A stretch of DNA of 64,000 bases from an uncultured virus (IMG/VR IMGVR_UViG_3300032087_003848) (IMGVR_UViG_3300032087_003848), one strand, 5' to 3'. Counted from the stretch's first letter, positions 9,549 to 20,593 are shown. The notes: a model not told the origin generated them from the sequence alone. Program-made: numbers and translations.

Positions 9549-10747
9549 TACATATCCTCCGGTGAATAAAATACGGGAAGTTTGCTATTCCTCTGCAATC
9601 TGCCTATCATACTACTATGAAATTGTGTCATATCTTTATTACCTATTCTTCTATTTCTGCGATACATTCTGCCGTGATAGTTTCTTTTTTCTTGATTAGA
9701 CATGTTTTCATATTCTTCCCTTGTGGTTTCTATGAGTTTTATTTTTTCTCCACCATATTTAGAAGCAGCAAAGGTTGGCGGGGAATTATTCTTACGAAGT
9801 CGTGAATACATTCTTCCGTGAAATGTTTTCTCTTCGCCCTCAGATTTTCTATACATAGACATATGATATTTAATCTTTTCAGCCCTAGTTAAAGTTTCAT
9901 AAACTTCTTGTGAAAGTTCTTTATATGGCATAGGATTACCATGAGGAGTCTGTTGCCCTTTTGTTTTCCGTCTATTAGTTTCTAATTCTAAAGAATAAAA
10001 ACTCTTGTTAGGCGGTTTTACTCGTAACCTATTAACTTGCCTTCCATGAAATCTAAGTATTTCTTGTAATTTTACCATTTCCTGATATAATGGAGATTCT
10101 TCATCAGTAACATTAACTTTTGCTTGTAAATTTTTTAACCTTTTATCATAAGCCTTATATTGTCTTAAATGCCATCTTCTTCTATCATCGGGACTCGCTC
10201 TTTCATATTGTTCAGCACTACGAATGTCCACTAAATTTTTAATAATGTTCCACCATCCTTTTGCCAAAGGCAATCCTTTAACTGCCCATTTAGCCCCTCT
10301 AGGGTGGTCATCATAATATTCTTTGAATGCCTTAATAGTATTATCATTAGCATATTTGCCTAACTCTTCATCTGTTGGAGTTACCGACCAACCTCTCTTT
10401 TCAAAAGACTTAGCCCATTCTTCATTAGGCATAACAGTTGAAGAAATGCCTGTTATGTAAGGACCGGAAGTATTTCTCTCAAGATGTCTATCTAACTCTT
10501 GATAATGATTATTACCTCTTTCAGATTCAATAACAAATGCACCGCCTCTAGTAGTAAATTCTCCTTTCTTACCATAACCAATAGCAGCAATAGGTAGGCC
10601 GTCTTGTAATTTAACAAAGTAATCAGTTATAGGATAAAATGGGTCTAAAGGAGAATTCTTACTACGGGCAGCAGGAAACTCACTGTCATTGTTTGATTCC
10701 CACAAAGAAAACAATTCTTCTTTAGACATTTCCTCTATCAAAATCAA
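9548..10747 (-). CDS. GNAT-like N-terminal domain plus three helical repeats
   Basis: AFVIESERGNN..FEKRGW; repeats YExxSxxE/DxxxY/WH..FHxxxxxRL. Confidence 0.6.
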   Translation of the reverse strand: MILIEEMSKEELFSLWESNNDSEFPAARSKNSPLDPFYPITDYFVKLQDGLPIAAIGYGKKGEFTTRGGAFVIESERGNNHYQELDRHLERNTSGPYITGISSTVMPNEEWAKSFEKRGWSVTPTDEELGKYANDNTIKAFKEYYDDHPRGAKWAVKGLPLAKGWWNIIKNLVDIRSAEQYERASPDDRRRWHLRQYKAYDKRLKNLQAKVNVTDEESPLYQEMVKLQEILRFHGRQVNRLRVKPPNKSFYSLELETNRRKTKGQQTPHGNPMPYKELSQEVYETLTRAEKIKYHMSMYRKSEGEEKTFHGRMYSRLRKNNSPPTFAASKYGGEKIKLIETTREEYENMSNQEKRNYHGRMYRRNRRIGNKDMTQFHSSMIGRLQRNSKLPVFYSPEDM

Positions 10748-11013
10748 CCCTCTTTATTCTCATAATCGGTAATTAGTTTTCTTACTTTCATAGCGACATT
10801 TTTAATTTCATCAGCGAGGTCCAAATACTGTTGGCTTCTTCTTTTATCAATATAAGCAAACCTAGCCAACTCAGGAACAAGACCGTTTACTCCCTTGTGA
10901 AATTTGGTTTTATTCATAGTCTGCCGTAACAATTTAGAAACTTCTTCTCTAGGATATTGGATAGGATTAGCCATATCTAATCTTTCTGCTTTCAATACTT
11001 CTTGCCAATTCAT
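10744..11013 (-). CDS. WxxVLK-tag hypothetical protein
   Basis: MNWQEVLKAE. Confidence 0.7.
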   Translation of the reverse strand: MNWQEVLKAERLDMANPIQYPREEVSKLLRQTMNKTKFHKGVNGLVPELARFAYIDKRRSQQYLDLADEIKNVAMKVRKLITDYENKEG

Positions 11014-11017
11014 ATTA

Positions 11018-13717
11018 TCACTGCCTAAATGATGCTTTTATTAAATACACCTGTTCTTTGCTAATACCATATTCCTTTGATAAATTACCATGAGCGTCAT
11101 CGGATTTTACAATATTTTCAACTTCTAAATTACTCAAATCAATTTGATGAGTATGATACATGTCATCAATGAACGAACCTACATCTCTATTCAAATCAAG
11201 GAAACCATAAACAACAGGCTTTCCTAATTGCTTTCTAATAGCGTCATGAGCCTTTAACAACTTAACTACTCTTTCCGGTAAGTCCTTCTGTCTTTCTTCG
11301 TATATTCGCATGATTCTCTCATACTGTGATTTCATATTATCATCTTGTGTTAGAACACCCTGTTGTTCCAACAAGAAATTAAACAATGCTACTAGATACC
11401 TTCTCTGACCCGCAGATTCAAAGTATTCAGAAACTCTTTCTTTGATTGTTTTAGTGCTATCTTTAGGGAATCTCTTATCTTCTAATCTAGTATCTTCGAC
11501 TTCATTCATCAGAATGTAAATCTGAGTTGCTATCTCATTAGCAATCTTTTCTCTATTATTTTCTCCAAAAATCTCAGATATAGAATCCAACGCTGCTTGT
11601 CCTGCTACAAACGTATTACCTGTTATTTGTAAGTTTCTTGCATTTTTAATCTCAAAGAAATCGGCAATATTAGATAGGTCATTAACACCTATTTCATCCA
11701 CTTCTCCTTCGGATAGTATCTCATACGCTCGACCAAATGCTGACTCTAAACCTAACATATCTGCCCAAACACTGAATCCTCGATTAGCCCTGCTAGTGGA
11801 AAATTTAGGATTATTAATTACAGTGAAACCTGCTTGAACAGGAAGAGAAAAATAGTCTGTCATTCTCTTAATTAATTCCTTTAAGGGTTCAATAATGACT
11901 TTGTATTTCTCATCTATTTGTGCTAGAGAAGGGTCATCATCAATATCCCCTCGGAAAAATGACATGGTTTTACCGGCTGATAGCGCATCACCGTATCGAA
12001 CAGTTGTTCCTTTAGGTTGGCCTTTAGTTGTTCTAGAAGCAATATGGAAAGCAAAAGGAACAGGTTCAGATTTATCCCCTACCTTCTTGCCTTCGGGTAT
12101 TTCTCCTGCATCTTCCATTTCTTGAGTATAGGTTATTGGCTTTTCTTTTAGAGCATTAAGTAAGTCTTCTAAGAAATCCTTGATGTCATCTTCTCTATCT
12201 AATAATGACTGAGAATCCATTCCTTGATACAGTGAATTAAATTTTGAATTTCTAAGAATAGAAGCAGGAAGATAATATCCACCAAATGCAACTTCATCTT
12301 CTTCGACAATAGTTGTATCTTCTAATTCATCAGCCCACCTGTTTAATTGGGCTTCATAAGTGCCGGTAACTTTTAGTTCACCATCAGCAATATCATCTAA
12401 TTCATCATCAATATACTCAATCAATTCATCATACTGTTCTTCTGAAATACTAATGAGTTTCTTTTCAGTATCGTCTTTCTTCAATTCCCAACCTAAGAGA
12501 GGGTCAATTGATTCAAGACTGTTTTTCATTTGCTCAAACACTTGTTCATCTTTACCTTTGAATGCCATATCTTGAACTAATTTATTGTCTATTAATTCAG
12601 CCCCTTCTCTTATGGCTTCATCAGCCGAACCTGCCGCAGCAGTTTGTATGGCTTGCATAGCAGCATCTTTACTACTCTGTGCTTCTTGTTCTATTCTTTG
12701 CATCTCTTTGACTTCTTCTTGAGACATTTGTGTATCTTTTTCACCTACACCCTGTCTGTCTAATTCATCTTGTTGGAATTCAGCATACATGTCCTCAATT
12801 TTTTCTCCCACGTTGTTGAGTATCATCCAATACATTACTGTGGAATACAATCTTCCTAGAGCCTCCATTTGCATAGAATCCACTTTATCAAACTTAACAA
12901 TATATTGTAAATTCTTATTTGAATATCTATTCAAGACCTTTAACAATTCATCTCGATATTCTTGAGGTAAACTCTTTTCTTGTGCTACCGCAGTCCTAAA
13001 ATCATCTAATGCTTCTTTGAAAAAATCATATTTTCCGAAAACATTACCCCAATGGTTATACACTAATTGCCTAAATGTTTTCTTACTTACATCAACTGCA
13101 CCTAAAACGAAATCAAAATCTATTGGACTTTCCATAGTCTTTGCAGGGGAAATATCTGTTCTATATCTCCCTGTTCTTTCTCTAGGTCGTTCTTCGCCTT
13201 CGGCTGTATCTAATTCGTCTTCAATGAATAAATAAATTTCTTCAAAATTATGAGTCAAGTTTTCAACCAATTCATTTTGTTTCATATTTCTTAGAGAAGT
13301 AAGTGCAGAAGTTACTGTGTCTAAATCAGACGGACTGAATCCTCTTACTCTAAACCTCTCCGGCTTAAGGCGAATACTCGCTAATTGCTGATATCCTAAT
13401 TTTTGTCCCTTTAGGGTTTCAATGGTCAAGTTATTGATTACGTTTCTGATTTGTCCTATTGGAGTGCTTGACATCTCGCCTGCTCTTTCATCAGTTTTCT
13501 TATCAACCAAAGACCTAAATTCTCTTTCAAAACGATTAGTAAATCTTTTGATTTCTTCTTCACTCCCTTTATCCATCAAGAATTGTCTAAACTTTACAAG
13601 TTGTTGTCGAATGGCTCTTTGTTTTTTTGCGCCCTTCATAGCAGATATATCCTTGATGTCATTTTCAGAAACATCATATTCTGTATTTAATTCGGATAAA
13701 TCAATTACCTGCACCAT
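11018..13717 (-). CDS. Large acidic protein, putative virion/internal protein
   Basis: 899 aa ORF in structural arm; HTH-like C-terminus LSKEYGISKEQVYLIK. Confidence 0.6.
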   Translation of the reverse strand: MVQVIDLSELNTEYDVSENDIKDISAMKGAKKQRAIRQQLVKFRQFLMDKGSEEEIKRFTNRFEREFRSLVDKKTDERAGEMSSTPIGQIRNVINNLTIETLKGQKLGYQQLASIRLKPERFRVRGFSPSDLDTVTSALTSLRNMKQNELVENLTHNFEEIYLFIEDELDTAEGEERPRERTGRYRTDISPAKTMESPIDFDFVLGAVDVSKKTFRQLVYNHWGNVFGKYDFFKEALDDFRTAVAQEKSLPQEYRDELLKVLNRYSNKNLQYIVKFDKVDSMQMEALGRLYSTVMYWMILNNVGEKIEDMYAEFQQDELDRQGVGEKDTQMSQEEVKEMQRIEQEAQSSKDAAMQAIQTAAAGSADEAIREGAELIDNKLVQDMAFKGKDEQVFEQMKNSLESIDPLLGWELKKDDTEKKLISISEEQYDELIEYIDDELDDIADGELKVTGTYEAQLNRWADELEDTTIVEEDEVAFGGYYLPASILRNSKFNSLYQGMDSQSLLDREDDIKDFLEDLLNALKEKPITYTQEMEDAGEIPEGKKVGDKSEPVPFAFHIASRTTKGQPKGTTVRYGDALSAGKTMSFFRGDIDDDPSLAQIDEKYKVIIEPLKELIKRMTDYFSLPVQAGFTVINNPKFSTSRANRGFSVWADMLGLESAFGRAYEILSEGEVDEIGVNDLSNIADFFEIKNARNLQITGNTFVAGQAALDSISEIFGENNREKIANEIATQIYILMNEVEDTRLEDKRFPKDSTKTIKERVSEYFESAGQRRYLVALFNFLLEQQGVLTQDDNMKSQYERIMRIYEERQKDLPERVVKLLKAHDAIRKQLGKPVVYGFLDLNRDVGSFIDDMYHTHQIDLSNLEVENIVKSDDAHGNLSKEYGISKEQVYLIKASFRQ

Positions 13718-13719
13718 CT

Positions 13720-16155
13720 TTATGCCTCCTCAATTAATCCTGCTTTTTCAAAAACATTTACAATATTCGCTATCTTATTTTTATCATAAGTAAACATATG
13801 AAGAGTGAAGTTTTTCAATTGGTTTTCAAAGGCCTTAACTACTAATTCTTTCATTTCTTGTAAAAACTTAGACATCTTTTTATCTAATTTTTCAGCGATT
13901 GACTTAGCATCATCGGGCCTATTATCAATACTCTCATAAGCAGTTTGTATAAAGTCTTTATCATCGGGATAGAAAGAAGCAAGATAAGACAAAAACCCTG
14001 CTGCGTCTTTAGGATTCAATATTGACAACTTGTTAAAATCATTTTTAATCTCATCTGCTAGAGAAGACAAACCTCCCTTATCTTTTCTTTCCTTAGATAA
14101 ATCCACTAAGAAAGAAGTGAAGTCCTTTGCACTTGAGGATAAATTCCTAACTGCACCGATAGCAGACTTGGTTCTCTCTTTTTCCTTATTTTCGACATCT
14201 TCAAATCTCTCAATGTTAGCCTCTCTTTGAGCAATTGTATTTCTGATTTCATCTTTTCTTGCACTGCTTATATCAGTATTCAAAAGTTCACGAAGTTTAT
14301 CGTTCTGCTCCTTCTTCTTTTGTGTAATTTTATCATAATTCTTTCTTCTTCGCTCTTTCTGTTTTTCAAATGATTCGCCTAATTTTTCAGCAGTTTCTAA
14401 AGGAGTAAATGTTTTGTAATCCTCGTATTCGGCAGATGCAATATTATAATCATCATCATACTCTATGGTTTCTTCCATTACCCATGCAATCTCTATTCTA
14501 GCAAAAGAAGCAGCATCAATCATATTCTTTTCGGAAGCAAAATCTTCTTGAATTAAAGGTCTAGGTGAAATAGGACTAGAATACCAATTGACTCTTACTT
14601 TACCTTCAGCCCCTTCATATTCTCCTTCATTCCAAAATTCCAAAAACCGAAGTGCTTCTGATTTAGTCCATCCTCTATCTAAGTTAAATAAAGTGTCTCT
14701 TCTCATTTGGCTAGTGACCTTTTTGACCTCATTCTTCCTAGAAGAATTGTTTCTTATGTTCTCTTTTATTTTCTTTCTAGCAAAATCCGCATCATCAAAG
14801 TCAATATTTTTACCTTTTAGTGTCTTTTTATAAGGATTTAAGGGAATATCATACGCAAAACTTCTTTGAATAGCCCCATGAACACCGGAAAGACTAGAAT
14901 ATAAGTCATCAATAATCATTTTTTCAGCCCTATCTTCTGATATAAATTCGGTCTGTTTTGCCATTTTAAGATAGGTTTCAAACCAATTTTTACGCATAGA
15001 ATGGTATAAAATAGCAGAACCATAGGGATTTAGCACTATTTTCTTCATATTTTTAGTCGCTCTCTGTAAAAACAAGTTATCGGGGAAAGGTAAGATGGTT
15101 CCCGTAGGATTTCTTCCTATTGTAGTCTGATTATAATCAGAATTATCGGGATTTTTTCCAGAAATCCAAGATGGAATCAATTGGCCCGGTTCACCAATAA
15201 CATCTTCATAGGCCTTTATGTATAATTCAACAGATTTTGTTGTAAATGGACTATGAGCAGGTGCAATTTTATATTTTGTTCCTAAAAATGCCATTTTACT
15301 TCCTAAATCTTCTTTAGTTTCTTTATTTTTATTTTTTCCTGCAAAAATAACATTAATTTTGTATTTTTTATTGAGAGTATTATACAAATTCTTTATTTTT
15401 TTCTTATTTTTTACTAAATCTTCTTTTTCTTCAGCAATTACATCAATAATTTCTTCTTTGTTTTCAGGATTTTGTATTCTTTTAATCTCCCAATTAGATT
15501 TATTTTTATCTGAGTAAATAATTGGATTGAGAAGGGAAATAAATTCTCCATGAGTGCTTACATTTAACTCAATTACTCCATTTTCATACTTTGACTGCAA
15601 TAATTTAGCAAATTCTGTAACTTCACTATCATTTTCACTTGGAGTTGTATCAAATGATATCATATTTTTTGATTTTCTTCTATCAATATACTCTTGATAC
15701 TGTATAATTTTCTTTGCTTCGGGATATCTTCTCCACTTGCCTCTATTTTTTGGCATTAATTTAATTAATTCTGTAATTAATTTCTTTTTTCCTGAAAAAT
15801 CTGACTCTTGTATTTGTTCAACTAATGATTTTATTTGTTGAGATTTTTCGGGAGCCTGCTTTTTTGGTAAAAATTCTATAATTTGTTCTATGTTGGCCTT
15901 AAATTGCTCTTTGGTTTGGTCTGCTTGTGGTAATTTTCCATACAAATCATACGCTCTTTGGATTTTAGCATCATCAACTTTGAGTTGGTCTAGACGATTC
16001 TTCAACTTTGACAAATTTTCTTTTGAAAATTTGCCACTCTGAATATTTTCTAGGAATTCTTGAAAATTTTCCGAAGATATTAGGTCAAGATAAAGGACTT
16101 CATCAGCATCGGGGAACATCCCATAAGGTGCTTTCAGAATATTAAACCAATTCAT
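13720..16155 (-). CDS. Large WxxILK-tag protein, putative virion protein
   Basis: Start MNWFNILKA after GGAG RBS. Confidence 0.6.
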   Translation of the reverse strand: MNWFNILKAPYGMFPDADEVLYLDLISSENFQEFLENIQSGKFSKENLSKLKNRLDQLKVDDAKIQRAYDLYGKLPQADQTKEQFKANIEQIIEFLPKKQAPEKSQQIKSLVEQIQESDFSGKKKLITELIKLMPKNRGKWRRYPEAKKIIQYQEYIDRRKSKNMISFDTTPSENDSEVTEFAKLLQSKYENGVIELNVSTHGEFISLLNPIIYSDKNKSNWEIKRIQNPENKEEIIDVIAEEKEDLVKNKKKIKNLYNTLNKKYKINVIFAGKNKNKETKEDLGSKMAFLGTKYKIAPAHSPFTTKSVELYIKAYEDVIGEPGQLIPSWISGKNPDNSDYNQTTIGRNPTGTILPFPDNLFLQRATKNMKKIVLNPYGSAILYHSMRKNWFETYLKMAKQTEFISEDRAEKMIIDDLYSSLSGVHGAIQRSFAYDIPLNPYKKTLKGKNIDFDDADFARKKIKENIRNNSSRKNEVKKVTSQMRRDTLFNLDRGWTKSEALRFLEFWNEGEYEGAEGKVRVNWYSSPISPRPLIQEDFASEKNMIDAASFARIEIAWVMEETIEYDDDYNIASAEYEDYKTFTPLETAEKLGESFEKQKERRRKNYDKITQKKKEQNDKLRELLNTDISSARKDEIRNTIAQREANIERFEDVENKEKERTKSAIGAVRNLSSSAKDFTSFLVDLSKERKDKGGLSSLADEIKNDFNKLSILNPKDAAGFLSYLASFYPDDKDFIQTAYESIDNRPDDAKSIAEKLDKKMSKFLQEMKELVVKAFENQLKNFTLHMFTYDKNKIANIVNVFEKAGLIEEA

Positions 16156-16751
16156 TCTCCTTTCCACCTGTATTTGTTAGGCTTACCTTTTATTTTTTCA
16201 TATCTTTTGTAAGCAACGCTGTTAAAATACCCGCTAACTTCACCGGTAGTAGGTAAATTTCCTCCGGTTCTATCTTTTCGACTAATGTAATAATCCTGTA
16301 AGGCCAAAAAAGCATCATTAGCAGTTCTCGCCTTTCCATCCATCATGATATTGTCGAGATATTTACCAAATTGGTATGTTCTTCTTTTTTGTCTTTTCAT
16401 AAGTGACTCTTTGTAATAGTCTTGCATAGTATCTGTCCTTTTATAACGGATAGGATGTTGTTCACTAATCTTTTCAAAATAATTTCTTTGCCTACCATAA
16501 TTTAAAAAGAAATTTCTGAACCATGATTTTCCATTTTTCTTAAAAAGACTAAACCTTAAACGATTCCTATTGTCTTCTTTTGGAACTAAAGGCTCAGACA
16601 TATCCAAGAATTTTTCCCAATATGTATCTCCTTCAAAAACAGTATCGGCAGGAATACTCATGTATATTTTTTCTGTTATCTCTTTTATGAGACTCATATT
16701 GTTTTTAGGAAAAGCCTTTCCTTTCTTTTTTACTATTGCCCACCAATCCAT
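16152..16751 (-). CDS. WxxIVK-tag protein, paralog of 16753-17064
   Basis: IPADTVF..YWEKF..WFRNFFLNYG. Confidence 0.7.
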   Translation of the reverse strand: MDWWAIVKKKGKAFPKNNMSLIKEITEKIYMSIPADTVFEGDTYWEKFLDMSEPLVPKEDNRNRLRFSLFKKNGKSWFRNFFLNYGRQRNYFEKISEQHPIRYKRTDTMQDYYKESLMKRQKRRTYQFGKYLDNIMMDGKARTANDAFLALQDYYISRKDRTGGNLPTTGEVSGYFNSVAYKRYEKIKGKPNKYRWKGE

Positions 16752-16752
16752 G

Positions 16753-17064
16753 TTAAACCCTCTTTAACTTAGCCTTATCATAACTGCCTTCTCGCTCTAT
16801 GTAGTTTTTACGCATACCATAATTCGTGAAATAATTAGGAAACCAATCCTGTCCTTTTCCTTTACTCCAAACATTCCACATTCTTCTTTCTTGATTTCCT
16901 GAGCCAATTTTAGGTGCAACTATCTCAACAAATTTTTCATACATATCATTACTTTTGAAAACAGTTCCAGAAGGAATAGTAGCATATAATTCTTCAACTG
17001 ACTCTTTTAACATCTTTAGATTCTTAGAAGAATAACTCGCTTTTATGATATCTTCCCAAAGCAC
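16753..17064 (-). CDS. WxxIIK-tag protein
   Basis: IPSGTVF..MYEKF..WFPNYFTNYG. Confidence 0.7.
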   Translation of the reverse strand: MLWEDIIKASYSSKNLKMLKESVEELYATIPSGTVFKSNDMYEKFVEIVAPKIGSGNQERRMWNVWSKGKGQDWFPNYFTNYGMRKNYIEREGSYDKAKLKRV

Positions 17065-17066
17065 AA

Positions 17067-17219
17067 TTAATCCTCCCTTAACATGCTTTCAATAAAGCCC
17101 TGTGCTTGCGCTACTTTAGAAGTAGGTTCCATATCACTGTTTAGAATATCTAATAGTTTTCTTAGTTTTCTCTTAGTATAAAAACTACTTTCTTTTCTAA
17201 TTTTATTCTCCCAACTCAT
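17067..17219 (-). CDS. 50 aa tag-variant protein
   Basis: MSWENKIRKE after GGAGAGTGA; fills the gap between neighbours. Confidence 0.6.
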   Translation of the reverse strand: MSWENKIRKESSFYTKRKLRKLLDILNSDMEPTSKVAQAQGFIESMLRED

Positions 17220-17223
17220 TCAA

Positions 17224-17472
17224 TCACTCTCCTTTTAGTTCAAGTAATTTATCAACCATGCCTTCATACTCTTGCATTTGTGGAGAGAAAAGATGGTATT
17301 TTAAATCTCTTAAATTTTCTATTTCTTCTTTTGACATACTATCAATCTTTTTATCTAAATCAACTAATTCGTTTTGCATAAATGTTCTCCAATCAGTTCC
17401 TCTGAATAAATCTTCCATGTCCTTAGCCAATGATTGTAGCGTTTCTGCTTTTACTATTTCTCTCCAATTCAT
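17224..17472 (-). CDS. WxxIVK-tag protein
   Basis: MNWREIVKAE. Confidence 0.7.
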   Translation of the reverse strand: MNWREIVKAETLQSLAKDMEDLFRGTDWRTFMQNELVDLDKKIDSMSKEEIENLRDLKYHLFSPQMQEYEGMVDKLLELKGE

Positions 17473-18131
17473 TGTAACTTCTCCTGCATTTTCTTTTTAA
17501 TATCTAACCAAATCTCAGGATTGTTTTGTGCAAGCACTTCTTGAACAATTTGCATTTGTGCGACAATAATTGTATCTTGTCTCTTGTGTATAAGTTTTCC
17601 TTTAAACTCCATAAGATATTTTAGCGACTCTCTAATTTCTCTTGCTAACTTAGTTAAAGCATCAATCATCTTAGGGTCTAAATCATTTCCTAATTCATGA
17701 AATACCTGTTCAAGCCTAGCATCTAATTTCTCAACGTTATTAGAAAGTAATTCGACTTCATTAACTTCTTTCTTGGCAATAATAGCAGCAGCACTTTGTT
17801 GCACTATTGGAGTTAAGTGATGTTTCATATGCCTTTGAATCTGCGCCTTTGTAGTATCTAAGGCTAAAGCAACTGCCTCACTATCTATATCTCCATTACT
17901 TAATGCCTGTTCGTAATGTTTTCTCATGGGGTCGGTGCATAGATTACATTTAGGATTAGATGACATCACATAATCCCCCATGTGATTTCTTTGATGTTGA
18001 GCAGCAGTTCCGCTTCTCCAACCATTAGCAGCGTCTAATTCATCACAGGTAACAATACCGTTTTCTAGAGAGTTTTCTATTTCTTCTCTATCTTCATGCT
18101 GACATAGACCGCAGCGTTTTCTAGTTACCAT
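17469..18131 (-). CDS. Tandem CxxC..H Zn/HTH repeat protein, possible terminase small subunit
   Basis: CGLCQH..HQRNH and CNLCT..HMKHH repeats followed by helical oligomerisation region. Confidence 0.5.
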   Translation of the reverse strand: MVTRKRCGLCQHEDREEIENSLENGIVTCDELDAANGWRSGTAAQHQRNHMGDYVMSSNPKCNLCTDPMRKHYEQALSNGDIDSEAVALALDTTKAQIQRHMKHHLTPIVQQSAAAIIAKKEVNEVELLSNNVEKLDARLEQVFHELGNDLDPKMIDALTKLAREIRESLKYLMEFKGKLIHKRQDTIIVAQMQIVQEVLAQNNPEIWLDIKKKMQEKLQ

Positions 18132-18135
18132 GTAA

Positions 18136-19575
18136 TTACCTCCAAAGATGAGACTGCCACATTCTCTTCAATACAATCTTCTCATCAGTATTAGGTGCAT
18201 TCATGCTTTGTAAATCTCTAGTCCTACTAATTACAGACTGATTCAACAATGCTTTCATAGCACTCTTTGTAAGTTTAATCTGAATTGTTTTGGGATTAGT
18301 TTTCTCCTTTCTAAATAAGTCCAAAACTTTCTGCTTAGATGAAGGAGGAAAGTCAAACTTCCTTTCGCTTAATCTCGCTGCTGCTTGGCTAGTATCAAAA
18401 TTAGCACCATCATACAATTCTGTCTTTTTCAAAAGACCTTGTGCGAATCTTTTAATTTCGGGAATCTTTCCTAATTCCTTTGCCATTCTTACGCTATTAA
18501 CAGGAAAGACAACTTCTTCCTGTCCTTCTTCTCTAAAGTCAAATCCTCCCCTAACAGTGTTTTGCCAAGCCGGTTTATCATTAGGAGCAAGTGCAACACC
18601 TCTAGGGGTTTTTCTTCTCAATGCTCTTTCAATTAAAATTACAATTCCTTTAGGAGTTGCTGATAAAGTAATCTCAGTAATTTTTCCGGCAGGTGCATCT
18701 TTAGCATTGAGTTGAGCAATTTCTCTTACTAACCTTCTGTCGGTATTTCCTAATTTGAATTTAGTATTTTCAAAGTCCCTTCTCAGTTTGGTTACATTCA
18801 GTTTACCGTCTTTATTCCAAAATGCAGTATTTCTGATAGCCTTGTCAAAGTATCTTTCTATCTCGCCTATTTCTTCCCAATCAATAATAGTCTCATCGTC
18901 TTCGGTCATTGGGACATCATCAACTTCATTTGTTATTTGTGCCAACTTTCCTTTAGCATCTGTCATGATAACTGCTAATCCTCTTGAATCAAAATCAGCA
19001 GTTGGTTTTTCATTAAATAGTGCCTTGTGTGGTAAATTGCTACCCGTAAACCAATCTCCGGGGGCTGCTTCGCCTCCATATTTTTCCTTGTATTTTTCTG
19101 TTCTATAGTGTCCTTGAACAGGCTTAGGTGCAAGTCTTTCATTACCTCTTACTTCTTCAACGTCTGTAAATAAAATAAATGCAGGGTCTAGTGCTTTACC
19201 GTCACCTCCGGCATCTTCACCGGTTCCCTTTAAAGCCATCAAAGCGTCGCCTAAAGAAGAAATAGCAATTTCATCTGCTAGCGTATAATATTTATTTTCT
19301 ATAACTCTTTCAATGAAGGCAATATATTTTTTATTTGCCCCTTCATCAGTAAAGCCCCTGTTACGACTATTGTCTCTTACATTTGTTGAAGTAATATGAT
19401 TAACTAAGAAATCATACAGAGTAGGAATCCTATTGCTAACCATCATGTCTGAGTTACTAATACCCATACACGTTTCTTTCCAATTACGATACTCTTGTAT
19501 AAACTCAGCCTTATCAGAATTCTGTGTGACTCTCATCCCTTTGTAGTCATCAACATTCTTCTTTTCTTTACTCAT
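18136..19575 (-). CDS. hypothetical protein, putative virion protein
   Basis: ~480 aa ORF, GAGG RBS. Confidence 0.6.
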   Translation of the reverse strand: MSKEKKNVDDYKGMRVTQNSDKAEFIQEYRNWKETCMGISNSDMMVSNRIPTLYDFLVNHITSTNVRDNSRNRGFTDEGANKKYIAFIERVIENKYYTLADEIAISSLGDALMALKGTGEDAGGDGKALDPAFILFTDVEEVRGNERLAPKPVQGHYRTEKYKEKYGGEAAPGDWFTGSNLPHKALFNEKPTADFDSRGLAVIMTDAKGKLAQITNEVDDVPMTEDDETIIDWEEIGEIERYFDKAIRNTAFWNKDGKLNVTKLRRDFENTKFKLGNTDRRLVREIAQLNAKDAPAGKITEITLSATPKGIVILIERALRRKTPRGVALAPNDKPAWQNTVRGGFDFREEGQEEVVFPVNSVRMAKELGKIPEIKRFAQGLLKKTELYDGANFDTSQAAARLSERKFDFPPSSKQKVLDLFRKEKTNPKTIQIKLTKSAMKALLNQSVISRTRDLQSMNAPNTDEKIVLKRMWQSHLWR

Positions 19576-19714
19576 CTTCCTCATCCTCTTTTCGTGGATT
19601 GACGACCTTAGAGTTAATTACACCCGGAGTTGATGTAGTGACTGCTCCTGCTGCTTTTTTCTCACAGTCTGAACAACCGCAGCCTTTCTTTTTAAGAATT
19701 ATTTGCCAAGTCAT
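19568..19714 (-). CDS. Small WxxILK-tag protein
   Basis: MTWQIILKKKGCGCSDC. Confidence 0.65.
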   Translation of the reverse strand: MTWQIILKKKGCGCSDCEKKAAGAVTTSTPGVINSKVVNPRKEDEEDE

Positions 19715-20204
19715 TTGAGACTTCCTCCCTATATTTTCTTGGTATTCTATTTCTAGGTAGTCCCATCTCCTTTCTTTTTCTATCATACGCTGAACGGGCA
19801 TCTCTTCTTTTTTTGTCTTGTTCTATTGATTGAATAGTAAGTTCGTCAATTTGTTCCATACTGTTCAAACCACGTTCTTCCATTTCTTGTCTAAGTTTTT
19901 TTGTTTCTCTAGAATCACTAGCATAATCGTATTTAGATACATTAAAAATGTCCTGTAACTCCATTCTTAATTCTTCATATCTTTCAGCATCAATCTTTCC
20001 TTTGGAAAATAATCTTGCTAATTTTTCCATACCTTGAGGATATGTATTTGCTCCCTTTTGTAATTCGGGCGACCTTGTGGATTTATCTTTCTTTGCCGAT
20101 GTAGGCCCTTCATAAGAAGCACCGCCATATTCATCAAAAGAATCAGCACTAATATTTCTTTCATTATCAGAGGCTTTTCTTTTTAGTATGTCTTCCCAAC
20201 TCAT
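19692..20204 (-). CDS. WxxILK-tag protein
   Basis: MSWEDILKR, AGGTGA RBS. Confidence 0.7.
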   Translation of the reverse strand: MSWEDILKRKASDNERNISADSFDEYGGASYEGPTSAKKDKSTRSPELQKGANTYPQGMEKLARLFSKGKIDAERYEELRMELQDIFNVSKYDYASDSRETKKLRQEMEERGLNSMEQIDELTIQSIEQDKKRRDARSAYDRKRKEMGLPRNRIPRKYREEVSNDLANNS

Positions 20205-20219
20205 GTTAATCACCTGTAA

Positions 20220-20435
20220 TTAATCTCTCTTCGCAATATCCGCAAGATAATCTTTTAGCATATTCTTGAAGGCTTCACCGTATAGGTCAATATCCTCTAA
20301 TATGTTATCTCTTACTTCCTTTTGCATAGCCATATCTCCAATTGCATGAAAGCCTTGATTATTAACTATATCCATAATTTCAAGAAAAGTCAAATCGTCT
20401 TTCGGCAACTTTTTCAATATATTTTCCCAATTCAT
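20220..20435 (-). CDS. WxxILK-tag protein
   Basis: MNWENILKK. Confidence 0.7.
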   Translation of the reverse strand: MNWENILKKLPKDDLTFLEIMDIVNNQGFHAIGDMAMQKEVRDNILEDIDLYGEAFKNMLKDYLADIAKRD

Positions 20436-20593
20436 TTCTTCTCACCTGTAATCAAATCTTTCTTTTGCTTTTGTTCTTCTGTGTCTAACTGTTTTGACTT
20501 AGAATCAAACCAACTATCAAGCAAAATACACCGAGTCATGGAAATGACGAATAGGACTCTGCTTATTAATTTGACTATGTAAATCGCAATACG

